A stretch of 64,000 nt of DNA, taken from contig JAFWMS010000033.1 of assembly GCA_017545535.1 (NCBI GenBank), forward strand, positions 107,981-171,980, in the 5' to 3' direction. A program made the position numbers and the translations under genes. The notes under the pieces were generated by a model that was not told where the DNA came from, made no database searches, and saw only the letters and a program-made list of their open reading frames with translations. Below, piece by piece: positions 37,353-46,813 of the stretch; position 1 is the stretch's first letter; each line of letters starts with the position of its first letter. This DNA comes from Clostridia bacterium (GTDB lineage Bacteria; Bacillota; Clostridia; Christensenellales; CAG-138).

Positions 37353-37574
37353 ATGAAGGAATGGCTCAAACAGTTTTACGGTGAGCATAAGTGGCTCACC
37401 ATCCTGGCCGCCGCAGCCCTGGTGCTGGGCATCCTCTTTTTGTGCATCGGCTTTTGGCGGACGCTCCTGCTGGCGTTGCTGGTGGCCGTTGGCGTGTTGA
37501 TGGGAAGCATCTTGGACAGGGGCGGCTGGCCTGCGGTGAAGGATTTCTTTGCCGCCATCTTTCAAAAAAGGTAA
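37353..37574 (+). CDS. DUF2273 small integral membrane protein
   Basis: 73 aa, two TM helices (HKWLTILAAAALVLGILFLCIGFWRTLLLALLVAVGVLMG). Canonical third member of Asp23 clusters. Confidence 0.7.
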   Translation: MKEWLKQFYGEHKWLTILAAAALVLGILFLCIGFWRTLLLALLVAVGVLMGSILDRGGWPAVKDFFAAIFQKR

Positions 37575-37584
37575 AGCATAGAGT

Positions 37585-37995
37585 ATGGATCGTTCATTGG
37601 CCCGAGAGATCGGGATGAAGATGCTGTACGCCGCCTCTTTGGGCGGCGGTGAGACCATGGATCAGGTTTTGGAGCAGTCGGAACAGGCGGATACCCTTTC
37701 CGGCGCGGACAAGACCTTTTTGGAAAATCTGGTGGCCGGCGTGACGGACCGTCAGCAGGAGCTGGATGAAATCATCGGCAGATACGCCCAGGGGTGGGCG
37801 CTAAACCGGCTGGCGAAGGTGGATTTGACCATCCTGCGCATGGCGGTCTACGAGCTGCTGCACATGCCCGAGGTCCCCGTGGGTGCCACCATCAACGAGG
37901 CAGTGGAGCTTTCTAAGCGCTTCTGTGAGGACAAGTCCTCCGGCTTCATCAACGGCATCCTGGGGAGTGTGGCCAGGGATCTTTGCAGCGAATGA
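37585..37995 (+). CDS. nusB: Transcription antitermination factor NusB
   Basis: 136 aa. ...GWALNRLAKVDLTILRMAVYELL....PVGATINEAVELSKRF...SSGFINGILG. Confidence 0.9.
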   Translation: MDRSLAREIGMKMLYAASLGGGETMDQVLEQSEQADTLSGADKTFLENLVAGVTDRQQELDEIIGRYAQGWALNRLAKVDLTILRMAVYELLHMPEVPVGATINEAVELSKRFCEDKSSGFINGILGSVARDLCSE

Positions 37996-38936
37996 AAGGT
38001 GCAGTGCTGGGCATCGATACCAGTTGCTACACGACCTCGGTCGCCTGCTTCGGCGATCCGGGCGTCCTCTATGACGGGAGAACGGTTCTCCCGGTGGAGA
38101 AGGGCGGCCGGGGCTTGCGGCAGTCCGAGGGCGTTTTTTTGCATACGCGGCAGCTGCCGCCCCTGGTCGAGGCGGCGTTCGAGACCGTTTCACCGGATTC
38201 GATCCGGGCCGTTGCCTGCAGCCGCGCGCCGGTATGCCGGGAGGACTCCTACATGCCCGTGTTCCTGACGGGCATGGGGGTGGCCCGATCCCTGGCGGCG
38301 TCCCTGCGGGTGCCGTTGCTGCCTCTCGATCATCAAAGCGGCCATATCCGGGCCGCCCTCATCGGGAATGAGCAGCTTATGGAAGCGCCCTTCTACGCCG
38401 TACATATCTCCGGCGGGACCACCGATCTGCTGTCCGTCCGGATGAAGGCGCCCGGCGCCCTTTCCATCGAGCCCCTGGGCCGGTCGGAGGACCTGCACGG
38501 CGGCCAGCTGGTGGACCGGGTGGGCGTTCATCTGGGCTGCGGCTTTCCGGCGGGGAAGGAACTGGAGACGTTGGCCCGGAAGGCTGTCACGAAAGATGTG
38601 AAGATACCTGCCTCCGTGCGGGAGCTGACCTGCTCCCTTTCCGGGGCGGAATCTGCCGCCCTGCGGGAGCTGGAACGGGGCCGGGCAGCCCAGGAGGTAG
38701 CCTATGGCATCTACGATCTGCTGGCAAGAACGCTGACGAAGCTTCTTGATACCGCAGCCCGTCGGCTGGGGGAACGGCCCGTGCTCCTGTGCGGGGGCGT
38801 GGCATCCAGCCAGCTGCTGCGGGAACTGCTCCATGAACGGTGCGACCGGCCGCTCTTCTTCGGGGAGAGCCGCTACAGCAGCGACAACGCCGTAGGCGTG
38901 GCCGCCCTGGGGTTTGATCGGGAGGTGGGCCAATGA
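37992..38936 (+). CDS. Divergent Kae1/TsaD (glycoprotease M22) family protein
   Basis: LGIDTSCYTTSVA (compare GIETSCDET), DHQSGH (HxxxH metal ligands), GGVASSQLLRE and SSDNAVGVA (compare TDNAAMIA). ATGA overlaps with both nusB and xseA. Confidence 0.65.
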   Translation: MKGAVLGIDTSCYTTSVACFGDPGVLYDGRTVLPVEKGGRGLRQSEGVFLHTRQLPPLVEAAFETVSPDSIRAVACSRAPVCREDSYMPVFLTGMGVARSLAASLRVPLLPLDHQSGHIRAALIGNEQLMEAPFYAVHISGGTTDLLSVRMKAPGALSIEPLGRSEDLHGGQLVDRVGVHLGCGFPAGKELETLARKAVTKDVKIPASVRELTCSLSGAESAALRELERGRAAQEVAYGIYDLLARTLTKLLDTAARRLGERPVLLCGGVASSQLLRELLHERCDRPLFFGESRYSSDNAVGVAALGFDREVGQ

Positions 38937-40153
38937 CGGAGCTAAAGCCGGTGTTTACCGTTTCCGAATTGAACGAATATGTGAATTTGACTCTTGCCCA
39001 CGATCCCTATCTGGGAGAGTTGACGGTGACGGGGGAGATCAGCGCCTTCAAGCGCCACACCTCCGGACATCTGTATTTTACGCTGAAGGACGATGCGGCG
39101 TCCGTGCGCTGCGTCATGTTCCGCCCCAACGCCCTCCGACTCAGCTTCTTTCCCAAGGACGGCATGTCCGTCCGCATCGAGGGACGGGCGGGGCTCTTCA
39201 GCCGGGACGGCTCCTTCCAAGTCTATGCCGAGCGCATGGAAAAGACCGGGGATGGAGCCCTGTATCAAAAGTTTTTGGCCTTGCGGGAGGAGCTGCGGCA
39301 GCGGGGCTGGTTCGAGGAGAGCTTGAAGAAGCCCATCCCCTTTTTGCCCCGGGCGGTGGGGGTGGTGACCTCCGGCACCGGAGCGGCCATCGAGGACATC
39401 CGCAACGTGATCTCCCGCCGATTCCCCAACATGCCCATCCTCCTGTATCCGGTATCGGTCCAGGGGGAGAAGGCAGCCGGGGAGATCGCGGCGGCCATCC
39501 GAAAGGCGGACGAGGAGCAGCGCTGCGACGTGCTCATCGTAGGCCGGGGCGGCGGTTCTCTGGAGGACCTGTGGGCCTTCAACGAGGAGATCGTGGTAGC
39601 GGCGGTCCATGCGTGCAGCCTGCCGGTGATCTCCGCCGTGGGCCATGAGATAGATTTCTCCCTGACGGATTTTGCGGCGGATCTGAGGGCGCCTACCCCC
39701 TCTGCGGCGGCGGAGCTGGCGGTGCCTGAGTATGCAACGCTTTCCGATCGCCTCGCGCAGGATCACGATCGGCTTCGTTCTGCCCTGCTCAACGGCATCG
39801 CGCGGAAGAAGGACAGATTGGAACTCATCGTCCATCGCCGGGGCGGGATGCTGGCGGAGCAGCGGCTCCAGCAGGAGCAGCAGCGGCTCGATCAGTGCCG
39901 GGAGGCTTTGGAGGAGGGGATCGAGGGGCTGCTGCAAAAGCAGCGGGATCGTATGATCACCCTGAAGGCCCGGCTCACGGCTGCCGATCCCTTGGGGGCG
40001 CTGGACCGGGGGTTCGCCCTGGTCTATGGAAAACAGGATGACCTTATCCGCCGTGCGGCGGATACGAGCGCTGGCGAGGGGATCGTCCTTCGCTTCCGGG
40101 ACGGTCGCGTCCGGGCTGACGTGACGGGAAAGGATCTGTATGAAAAAGAGTGA
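38933..40153 (+). CDS. xseA: Exodeoxyribonuclease VII large subunit
   Basis: OB-fold N-terminus (FTVSELNEYVN...GEISAFKRHTSGHLYFTLKD), catalytic core (VGVVTSGTGAAIEDI...GRGGGSLEDLW) and coiled-coil tail. Confidence 0.9.
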   Translation: MTELKPVFTVSELNEYVNLTLAHDPYLGELTVTGEISAFKRHTSGHLYFTLKDDAASVRCVMFRPNALRLSFFPKDGMSVRIEGRAGLFSRDGSFQVYAERMEKTGDGALYQKFLALREELRQRGWFEESLKKPIPFLPRAVGVVTSGTGAAIEDIRNVISRRFPNMPILLYPVSVQGEKAAGEIAAAIRKADEEQRCDVLIVGRGGGSLEDLWAFNEEIVVAAVHACSLPVISAVGHEIDFSLTDFAADLRAPTPSAAAELAVPEYATLSDRLAQDHDRLRSALLNGIARKKDRLELIVHRRGGMLAEQRLQQEQQRLDQCREALEEGIEGLLQKQRDRMITLKARLTAADPLGALDRGFALVYGKQDDLIRRAADTSAGEGIVLRFRDGRVRADVTGKDLYEKE

Positions 40154-40334
40154 GAAGACCTTTGAAGAAAAGATGGCTGAGCTTGAGGAACTGATCTTAA
40201 AGCTGGAAAGCGGCAGCGTGCCCCTTGAAGAGATGGTTTCCCTCCACGAGCGGGGTATGGCCCTGTACGACAGCTGCGCCAAGGAGCTGGAGACCTTTGA
40301 AAAGCGGCTCAAGGCCTCGGGGAAAGACCAATGA
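40140..40334 (+). CDS. xseB: Exodeoxyribonuclease VII small subunit
   Basis: 64 aa, TFEEKMAELEELILKLESG.VPLEEMV.L...G, the canonical XseB. Confidence 0.9.
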   Translation: MKKSEKTFEEKMAELEELILKLESGSVPLEEMVSLHERGMALYDSCAKELETFEKRLKASGKDQ

Positions 40335-41134
40335 AGGACTATCTGCCCCTCATTGAAGAAGCCCTCGACCGGTACAGCGGCAGCTTTGATTTGCCGGAAA
40401 TGTTCGTTCGCTCCATGCGCTACAGCCTCCTTTCCGGCGGAAAGCGCATCCGGGCCTGCTTGTGTCTGGCCTGCTGCGAGCTTGTTGGCAGCCGGGCGGA
40501 GGACGCTCTGCCCTTTGCGGCGGCGCTGGAGATGATCCATGCCTATTCCCTCATCCACGACGATCTGCCCGCCATGGACGACGACGATATGCGGCGGGGC
40601 AAGCCCAGCAGCCATAAGGCTTTCGGGGAGGGGAACGCCATATTGGCGGGGGACGGATTGCTCACCATGGCCATGCGTCTTTTGTGCGACGTCCCCGGGC
40701 AGGAAGCGGCCAAGAAGGCCATCTTTCAGGGAGCGCTTGAGATGGCGGCGGGGCAGAGCCTGGATCTTAACGTGACCGCCCGGGACAGGGCGTCTTTGCA
40801 GCGGATCCACGATTTCAAGACCGGGGCCCTCTTTCGGGCGGCCTGCCTTTCTGGCGCCTTTCGAGGGGGCTGTGATGCGGCGGACGCATCCCGCTTGCGG
40901 ACCTTTGCGGACAAGCTGGGGCTGTTGTTCCAGATGACCGACGACCTCTTGGATCAGGAGAAGGACGAGGCGGAGGACAAGCTCACCTACGTGACACTGC
41001 TGGGGGCAGAACGGACCCGGCAGGAAATACAAGCATTGACGCAGGATATCCGCGCCCTTTTGGCCGGATATGAAGGGGAGGCGGCAACCTATCTGTTGAC
41101 GCTGACGGATCGGATTTCTACTAGAAAAGCATGA
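40331..41134 (+). CDS. ispA: Polyprenyl (farnesyl) diphosphate synthase
   Basis: First Asp-rich motif LIHDDLPAMDDDDMRRGKPS and second motif FQMTDDLLD. Confidence 0.85.
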   Translation: MKDYLPLIEEALDRYSGSFDLPEMFVRSMRYSLLSGGKRIRACLCLACCELVGSRAEDALPFAAALEMIHAYSLIHDDLPAMDDDDMRRGKPSSHKAFGEGNAILAGDGLLTMAMRLLCDVPGQEAAKKAIFQGALEMAAGQSLDLNVTARDRASLQRIHDFKTGALFRAACLSGAFRGGCDAADASRLRTFADKLGLLFQMTDDLLDQEKDEAEDKLTYVTLLGAERTRQEIQALTQDIRALLAGYEGEAATYLLTLTDRISTRKA

Positions 41135-42960
41135 AAGAGTATCCTCTTTTGCAACAATTGAACGGACCCAAGGACTTGATGGCCCTGCCAGAGGAGCAGC
41201 TCCCCGCTTTGGCGGAGGAGGTGCGGGGCTATATGGTGGATTGCGTGTCCAAAAATGGGGGACACCTGGCTGCCAGCCTGGGGGCGGTGGACTTGATCAT
41301 CGCTCTGCACCGGGTCTACACGGAGGAGAAGGATCGGATCATCTTCGACGTCGGTCACCAGGCCTATGCCCATAAGATCTTGACCGGACGGCGGGACGCC
41401 TTCACCACCCTCCGGCAGGAGGGGGGCATTTCCGGCTTCCCCAAACGGGAGGAGAGCCCCTACGACGCCTTCAACACCGGTCACGCCAGCACCTCCCTGT
41501 CCGCAGCCTTGGGCATGGTGCGCGCAAAACAGCTTTTGCATGAGCCCGGTCACGTGGCGGCTGTCATCGGCGACGGCGCGCTCACCGGCGGCCTTGCCTA
41601 CGAGGCGCTGGACGACGGCGGGGACAGTAAGCTGCCCCTGGTGGTGGTGCTCAACGACAACGAGATGTCCATCTCCAAAAATGTGGGCGCCATGAGTCGA
41701 AGCCTGTCCCGCCTCAGGGCCAGCCGGGGCTACAACCGCTTGAAGCGGTTCGTGGTCCGGGTGCTGGAAACGGGCGTGATGGGCCGTCGTGTGTCCCACA
41801 GGATAGAGGGATTCAAGAACCGAATCAAGCGGTTCGTGCTGCAGAACACCTTTTTTGAGGAGATGGGCTTCACCTACCTGGGGCCCATCGACGGCCACGA
41901 TATCCCCCAGATGATCTCCATGCTGCAGGAAGCCAGGGCTCTGGAGCGACCGGTAGTGGTCCACGTCCTCACCCAAAAGGGCAAGGGCTACGGCCTGTCG
42001 GAGCAAAATCCGGAAAAATTTCATGGGATCGCACCCTTCTCTCCGGATACGGGAGTCACCGCTTCCGCCGGAAGCGTCTCCTGCTCGGAGGTGTTCGGCC
42101 ATACGGTGCTCCAGCTTGCTGAGGAGGATGAGCGCATCGTCGCCATCACCGCTGCCATGCGGGACGGCACCGGCCTGCGCCCATTCTTCGAGTGTTTCCC
42201 GGATCGGGCCTTCGACGTGGGCATCGCGGAGGAGCATGCTCTCACCATGGCCGCTGGCATGGCGGCGGAGGGCTTGCGGCCCGTGGCGGCCATCTATTCC
42301 TCCTTCCTGCAGCGGGCCGTGGATCAGCTCTGCCATGACGTATGCCTGCAAAAACTCCCCGTGGTCATCGGTGTGGACCGGGCAGGCCTGGTGGGACAGG
42401 ACGGGGAGACCCATCAGGGAATCTATGATCCGGCCCTGCTTTGCGCCATCCCCAACCTTTCCGTGTATGAACCCTCCACCTTGAGCCAGCTCAGGGCCAT
42501 GGTCCGCCTGGCGGTGGAGCGACAGGAGCCGGCGGCCATCCGCTACTGCCGGGGCACGCTGCCTGAGGGGGAAGGGGAAGAACCCGTGGTCTATGGGCGG
42601 TGGGCCACGTTGATCTCTCCGACGGACGTGGTCATCCTCGCCGCGGGCACCCTGGTGCCGACGGCGCGCCAGGTGGCGGAAAGGACCGGCTGCGGGCTGG
42701 TGGAAGCCCGATTCTTGAAACCATTGGATCATGATCTGCTGAACCGCCTCCGCGAACAGGGGTGCAAGCTCGTCGTGGCGGAGGAGAACGTGGCGGCTCT
42801 GGGCCTTTATGTGGCGGCCTATTGTCCGGAGCTGCAGGTGCGGCTGCTGTGCCTGCCGGACGGGTCCATGCCCCATGCTTCCGTGGGCCGGCAAAGGACT
42901 CTGGGCGGCATCGATGAGGCGGCCATGGAGCGGGCCGTGCAGCAGATGAGGGCGTTATGA
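41131..42960 (+). CDS. dxs: 1-deoxy-D-xylulose-5-phosphate synthase
   Basis: 609 aa, GGHLAASLG, ThDP motif GDGALTGGLAYEAL...NDN, transketolase-like pyrimidine-binding and C-terminal domains. Confidence 0.95.
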   Translation: MKEYPLLQQLNGPKDLMALPEEQLPALAEEVRGYMVDCVSKNGGHLAASLGAVDLIIALHRVYTEEKDRIIFDVGHQAYAHKILTGRRDAFTTLRQEGGISGFPKREESPYDAFNTGHASTSLSAALGMVRAKQLLHEPGHVAAVIGDGALTGGLAYEALDDGGDSKLPLVVVLNDNEMSISKNVGAMSRSLSRLRASRGYNRLKRFVVRVLETGVMGRRVSHRIEGFKNRIKRFVLQNTFFEEMGFTYLGPIDGHDIPQMISMLQEARALERPVVVHVLTQKGKGYGLSEQNPEKFHGIAPFSPDTGVTASAGSVSCSEVFGHTVLQLAEEDERIVAITAAMRDGTGLRPFFECFPDRAFDVGIAEEHALTMAAGMAAEGLRPVAAIYSSFLQRAVDQLCHDVCLQKLPVVIGVDRAGLVGQDGETHQGIYDPALLCAIPNLSVYEPSTLSQLRAMVRLAVERQEPAAIRYCRGTLPEGEGEEPVVYGRWATLISPTDVVILAAGTLVPTARQVAERTGCGLVEARFLKPLDHDLLNRLREQGCKLVVAEENVAALGLYVAAYCPELQVRLLCLPDGSMPHASVGRQRTLGGIDEAAMERAVQQMRAL

Positions 42961-43781
42961 TGGAGAAAAAGCGTCTCGACGTGTATATGGCGGAGGCGGG
43001 TCTGGCCTCCTCCCGGGAAAAGGCCCGGGCCATGATCATGGCCGGGGAGGTCTATGTCAACGGCCGCAAGGCGGAAAAGGCGGGGGAGGAAGTGCGCTCT
43101 GAGGATGAGGTGAAGGTTCAGTCCGATCCCATCCCTTTTGTGAGCAGGGGCGGACTGAAGCTGGACAAGGCGCTGAAGGTATTCCCCCTTTCCCTGCAGG
43201 ATAAGGTTTGTCTGGACGTGGGGGCCTCCACCGGCGGCTTCACCGACTGCATGCTGCAGAACGGCGCGAAGCATGTATGCGCCCTGGATGTGGGCTACGG
43301 GCAGCTGGCCTGGCAGCTTCGAAACGATCCCCGGGTCACGGTCATGGAGCGGCGCAACGCCCGGTTCATGGAGCCCGCCTGGTTCGACGGTCCCTTCGAT
43401 TTTGCGTCCATCGACGTTTCCTTCATCTCCCTGAAGCTTATTCTGCCGCCTCTTAAGGCATGCTTGAAGCCAGAGGGACAGGTGGTGGCTCTCATCAAAC
43501 CCCAATTCGAGGCGGGCCGGGGCCAGGTGGGCAAGAATGGGGTGGTCCGGGAGGCGTCTATCCATCGGGATGTATGTATAAACATAATGCGCTTTGCCCA
43601 ACAGATCGGATACAGTGTGGAAGACCTTTCGTTTTCGCCCATCACCGGACCCAAAGGAAATATTGAGTTTCTGCTGTTTTTGTGCAACAGGACGGCGATC
43701 TCAGCTGGCGGATCTTGGGATTTCGAGGCGAAAATCGCCTCGATCGTAGACGATAGTCACAATTTTCATGTAATTTGTTAA
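42957..43781 (+). CDS. tlyA: TlyA family rRNA (cytidine-2'-O)-methyltransferase
   Basis: S4 domain N-terminus (KKRLDVYMAE.GLASSREKARAMI) and FtsJ-type SAM motif LDVGASTGGFTDC. Confidence 0.85.
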   Translation: MMEKKRLDVYMAEAGLASSREKARAMIMAGEVYVNGRKAEKAGEEVRSEDEVKVQSDPIPFVSRGGLKLDKALKVFPLSLQDKVCLDVGASTGGFTDCMLQNGAKHVCALDVGYGQLAWQLRNDPRVTVMERRNARFMEPAWFDGPFDFASIDVSFISLKLILPPLKACLKPEGQVVALIKPQFEAGRGQVGKNGVVREASIHRDVCINIMRFAQQIGYSVEDLSFSPITGPKGNIEFLLFLCNRTAISAGGSWDFEAKIASIVDDSHNFHVIC

Positions 43782-43800
43782 AAAAATATTCATAATTGTA

Positions 43801-43829
43801 TTGAAATTTCGGGAAACATACTGTATAAT
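43801..43829 (+). promoter_or_regulatory. Sigma-A type promoter of nadK-argR-recN
   Basis: TTGAAA (43801-43806), 17-nt spacer, TATAAT (43824-43829) in an AT-rich gap. It lies inside the 5' end of the track ORF, arguing for a later nadK start. Confidence 0.55.
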
Positions 43830-43860
43830 ACGACTGCAGTATTCATCCGAGGGCAATGAT

Positions 43861-44643
43861 TTGAACCTTTTCTTCGCGGCGAATCCTAAAAAACCGGCCA
43901 CCTATGACGCCCGCAAGCGCATGATGGATGCAGCGACAGGCTATGGTTTTTTATGCGCTGAGCTGGAGGAGCATGCTCCGGCAGAGGGAGAGGACGGCAT
44001 ACTCGTCGTCATCGGCGGCGACGGTTCCATCATCCGCCACGTTCCGGTAGCTTTGTCCGCCGGGTTGCCCATCCTGGGTGTCCATTTTGGACGGGTTGGT
44101 TTTTTGACGGAACTGACGGAGGAGGGTTTTTTGCAGGCCCTGCCCAGGCTCCGAGCCGGGGACTACCGGATGGAGCGGCGAGCCATGCTGGATTGCCGGG
44201 TGAGCACGGGGCGGACTTACCGCTGTCTCAACGACGCGGTGCTCTATAAGTTTTCCTTCTCCGGCGTTACGGAGATCGGCGTGCGGATCGACGGCAAACC
44301 GGTTTGGACGGTTGCTGCTGACGGGGTCATGGTCGCCACGCCCACCGGCTCCACCGGCTACAACCTCTCCGCGGGAGGGCCCATCGTTCCGGAAGGGCTG
44401 GACGCCATGGTGATCACGCCCATTTGCCCCCACAAGCTCCACGCCCGGCCAGTTGTGGTCCGGTCGGACAGTCAGATCGAGCTTGTGGAGCATGACGAGG
44501 GCATGGCCGCAGTGGATGGTCAAAGGGTGTGCCGGGTGACAAAAGGGGAGTCCCTTTTGATCACAGGTTCCAAGGATAGGGTGTCCTTGCTTCGGTTCGG
44601 ACAGATGGATCTTTATAGCCGCATTCGTGAGCGGCTGACATAA
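43861..44643 (+). CDS. nadK: NAD kinase
   Basis: VIGGDGSII (GGDG motif), NDAV...ADGVMVATPTGSTGYNLSAGGPIV. Start proposed at TTG 43861 (GAGGG 8 nt upstream). ATG 43921 is an alternative. Confidence 0.85.
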   Translation: MNLFFAANPKKPATYDARKRMMDAATGYGFLCAELEEHAPAEGEDGILVVIGGDGSIIRHVPVALSAGLPILGVHFGRVGFLTELTEEGFLQALPRLRAGDYRMERRAMLDCRVSTGRTYRCLNDAVLYKFSFSGVTEIGVRIDGKPVWTVAADGVMVATPTGSTGYNLSAGGPIVPEGLDAMVITPICPHKLHARPVVVRSDSQIELVEHDEGMAAVDGQRVCRVTKGESLLITGSKDRVSLLRFGQMDLYSRIRERLT

Positions 44644-44667
44644 ATTGAAACAAACGAGGCAGAAACC

Positions 44668-45117
44668 ATGAAGACGAAACGACATGCCATGATCATCAAG
44701 ATCATCGCGTCCCAAGATGTAGAGACTCAGGAGGAGCTGGCAAGGCTCCTGGGGGAACAGGGCTTTCAGGTCACCCAGGCCACCGTTTCCCGCGACATCA
44801 AGGAGCTGAGGCTTATCAAGGTCCTTACCAGCGAGGGTAACTATAAATACGCCACCGTGGAAAAGGCGGAATCCGATCTGCAGGAGCGGTTTATTCGTCT
44901 GTTCTCCAACTGCGTCGTGTCCATCACCAACGCCGGGAACCTGATCGTGATCAAGACCATCGCGGGCAGCGCCTCCGTGGCCGGCGAGGCCATCGATTCT
45001 TTGAAGTGGCCGGAGATCGCCGGATCCATCGCCGGGGATAATACCATCTTCGTGGCGGTCCGAGAAGGGAAGAATACCTCTGAGATCATCAAACGTTTTC
45101 AGAAGATGATGAAATAA
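44668..45117 (+). CDS. argR: Arginine repressor
   Basis: 149 aa, MKTKRHAMIIKIIASQDVETQEELARLL...GFQVTQATVSRDIKEL and C-terminal GTIAGDNTIF-type oligomerisation domain. Confidence 0.9.
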   Translation: MKTKRHAMIIKIIASQDVETQEELARLLGEQGFQVTQATVSRDIKELRLIKVLTSEGNYKYATVEKAESDLQERFIRLFSNCVVSITNAGNLIVIKTIAGSASVAGEAIDSLKWPEIAGSIAGDNTIFVAVREGKNTSEIIKRFQKMMK

Positions 45118-45130
45118 AGGAGCATAGACC

Positions 45131-46804
45131 GTGCTCAGGCACCTGACCATATCCAATATCGCATTGATCGACAAGCTCTCCCTGGACTTCGAGGAGGGCT
45201 TTTCTGCACTGACGGGCGAGACCGGCGCCGGCAAATCCATCCTTATCGAGGCGGTGGGGCTGGCTCTGGGGGAGCGCGCCTATCGGGAGAGCATTCGAAC
45301 CGGAGCTCAAAAAGGCTCGGTGGAGGCCCTCTTCACGGTACAGGAGGGGACGCCGGCGGCGGAATATCTCCTGGCGCATGAGCTCTATGACGGGGAGGAG
45401 GTCGTCCTCTACCGGGAGCTGTATATGAGCGGCAAGAGCGTCTGCCGGATCAACGGCACCCTCGTCAGCGCCGCGGAGCTGAAGACCGTGGGGGATCTGC
45501 TGGTGGACATGCACGGCCAGCACGCCCATCAATCCCTGCTGAACGACAAGACCCATCTAGGGCTGCTGGACGCCTTTGCGGAAAGCGACAGGGACGGTCT
45601 GTTGACCCGGATGCAGCAGGAGCGGCGGCAGGCTCTGGACGCCCGCAGCGCCCGGGAGAAGCTGCAGAGCAGCCTAAAGGAACGGGCACGCCGTCTCGAC
45701 GTGATCGCCTATGAGTTGAAGGAGATAGATTCTGCACAGCTTCAGCCGGGGGAGGAGGAGCAGCTGGAGACCCGCAAGAAGCAGCTGCAGAACTTCGCCG
45801 CCATCGAGGAGAATCTGCAGGCGGCGTACGACGCCCTGTATGAGGAACAGGGGGCCCTGAACCAGATCTCCGAGGCCAAACGGTGTCTGTCTGCCCTGGG
45901 GGAGTATGGGGAGGAATATCAGGCTGCCGCCCAGCAGACGGAGGAGGCCTACTACTCCCTGGAGGACGTGGCCTATTCCCTGCGGGACGCCCTCAACGGC
46001 CTTTCCTTCGACCCCAACGCCCTGGACGAGATCGAGAGCCGGCTCTATCAGATCGAGCAGCTCAAGCGCAAATATGGGGCCAACATCGAAGAAATATTGG
46101 AATACGGGGAAACCTTGCGCGCCGAGCAGGCGGAGCTGTTGGGCGGCGAGGACCGCTTAACGGAGCTAGAGCAGGCGGAACAGGCGGCCATTTCGGCTTT
46201 TACGGCGGATGCCCGGCTGTTGTCGGAGCGTCGCAAGGCGGGGGCCAACCGGCTGAAACAGGCCATAGAGGCGAACCTGAAGGACATGGGGATGCCCTTT
46301 GCCTCCTTCTCCGCGGGCTTTTCGCCCCTTTCACCGGAGGACCTTTCTGAAAACGGTGTGGACGAGATGTCCTTCCTCTTCTCCGCCAACAAGGGCGAGC
46401 CGGAGAAGCCTCTGGTCCGGGTGGCCTCCGGCGGAGAGATCTCCCGAGTCATGCTCGCCTTCAAGGTGGCCCTGTCCCACGCGGATGCCATCGACACCCT
46501 GATCTTCGACGAGATCGACACCGGTATCTCCGGTCTCATCGCCAATTCCGTGGCCAAGAAGATGCAGGAGCTGTCCCGGGCCCATCAGCTTCTCTGCGTG
46601 ACCCACCTCGCTCAGATCGCGGCTCGGGCGGATCGGCAGTACTATATTTACAAGGAGACCCTGGGGGAGAGCACCCGGTCCGCAGTGAAGCCCCTCTCGG
46701 AGGAGGAGCGTCCGGCGGAGCTCGCGCGCATCATGGGCAGTGTCAACGATCCCTTGGCTATCCAGCACGCCCGGAACCTGCTCAGAAGCGCCCGGGAGAA
46801 CTGA
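45131..46804 (+). CDS. recN: DNA repair protein RecN
   Basis: 557 aa SMC-like: Walker A LTGETGAGKSIL, long coiled coil, signature ASGGEISRVMLA and Walker B LIFDEIDTG. Confidence 0.95.
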   Translation: MLRHLTISNIALIDKLSLDFEEGFSALTGETGAGKSILIEAVGLALGERAYRESIRTGAQKGSVEALFTVQEGTPAAEYLLAHELYDGEEVVLYRELYMSGKSVCRINGTLVSAAELKTVGDLLVDMHGQHAHQSLLNDKTHLGLLDAFAESDRDGLLTRMQQERRQALDARSAREKLQSSLKERARRLDVIAYELKEIDSAQLQPGEEEQLETRKKQLQNFAAIEENLQAAYDALYEEQGALNQISEAKRCLSALGEYGEEYQAAAQQTEEAYYSLEDVAYSLRDALNGLSFDPNALDEIESRLYQIEQLKRKYGANIEEILEYGETLRAEQAELLGGEDRLTELEQAEQAAISAFTADARLLSERRKAGANRLKQAIEANLKDMGMPFASFSAGFSPLSPEDLSENGVDEMSFLFSANKGEPEKPLVRVASGGEISRVMLAFKVALSHADAIDTLIFDEIDTGISGLIANSVAKKMQELSRAHQLLCVTHLAQIAARADRQYYIYKETLGESTRSAVKPLSEEERPAELARIMGSVNDPLAIQHARNLLRSAREN

Positions 46805-46813
46805 TCGTTTTTC

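Noticed and set aside
38942-42894. Two very long minus-strand ORFs (696 aa and 601 aa) opposite xseA-xseB-ispA and dxs
   Set aside because: Same reasoning. They are antisense to highly conserved enzymes and their translations are low-complexity without domains.
45118-45130. LexA (Cheo) box upstream of recN
   Set aside because: The argR-recN gap is only 13 nt, and I could not see a CGAAC-N4-GTTCG-like palindrome there or at the nadK promoter.
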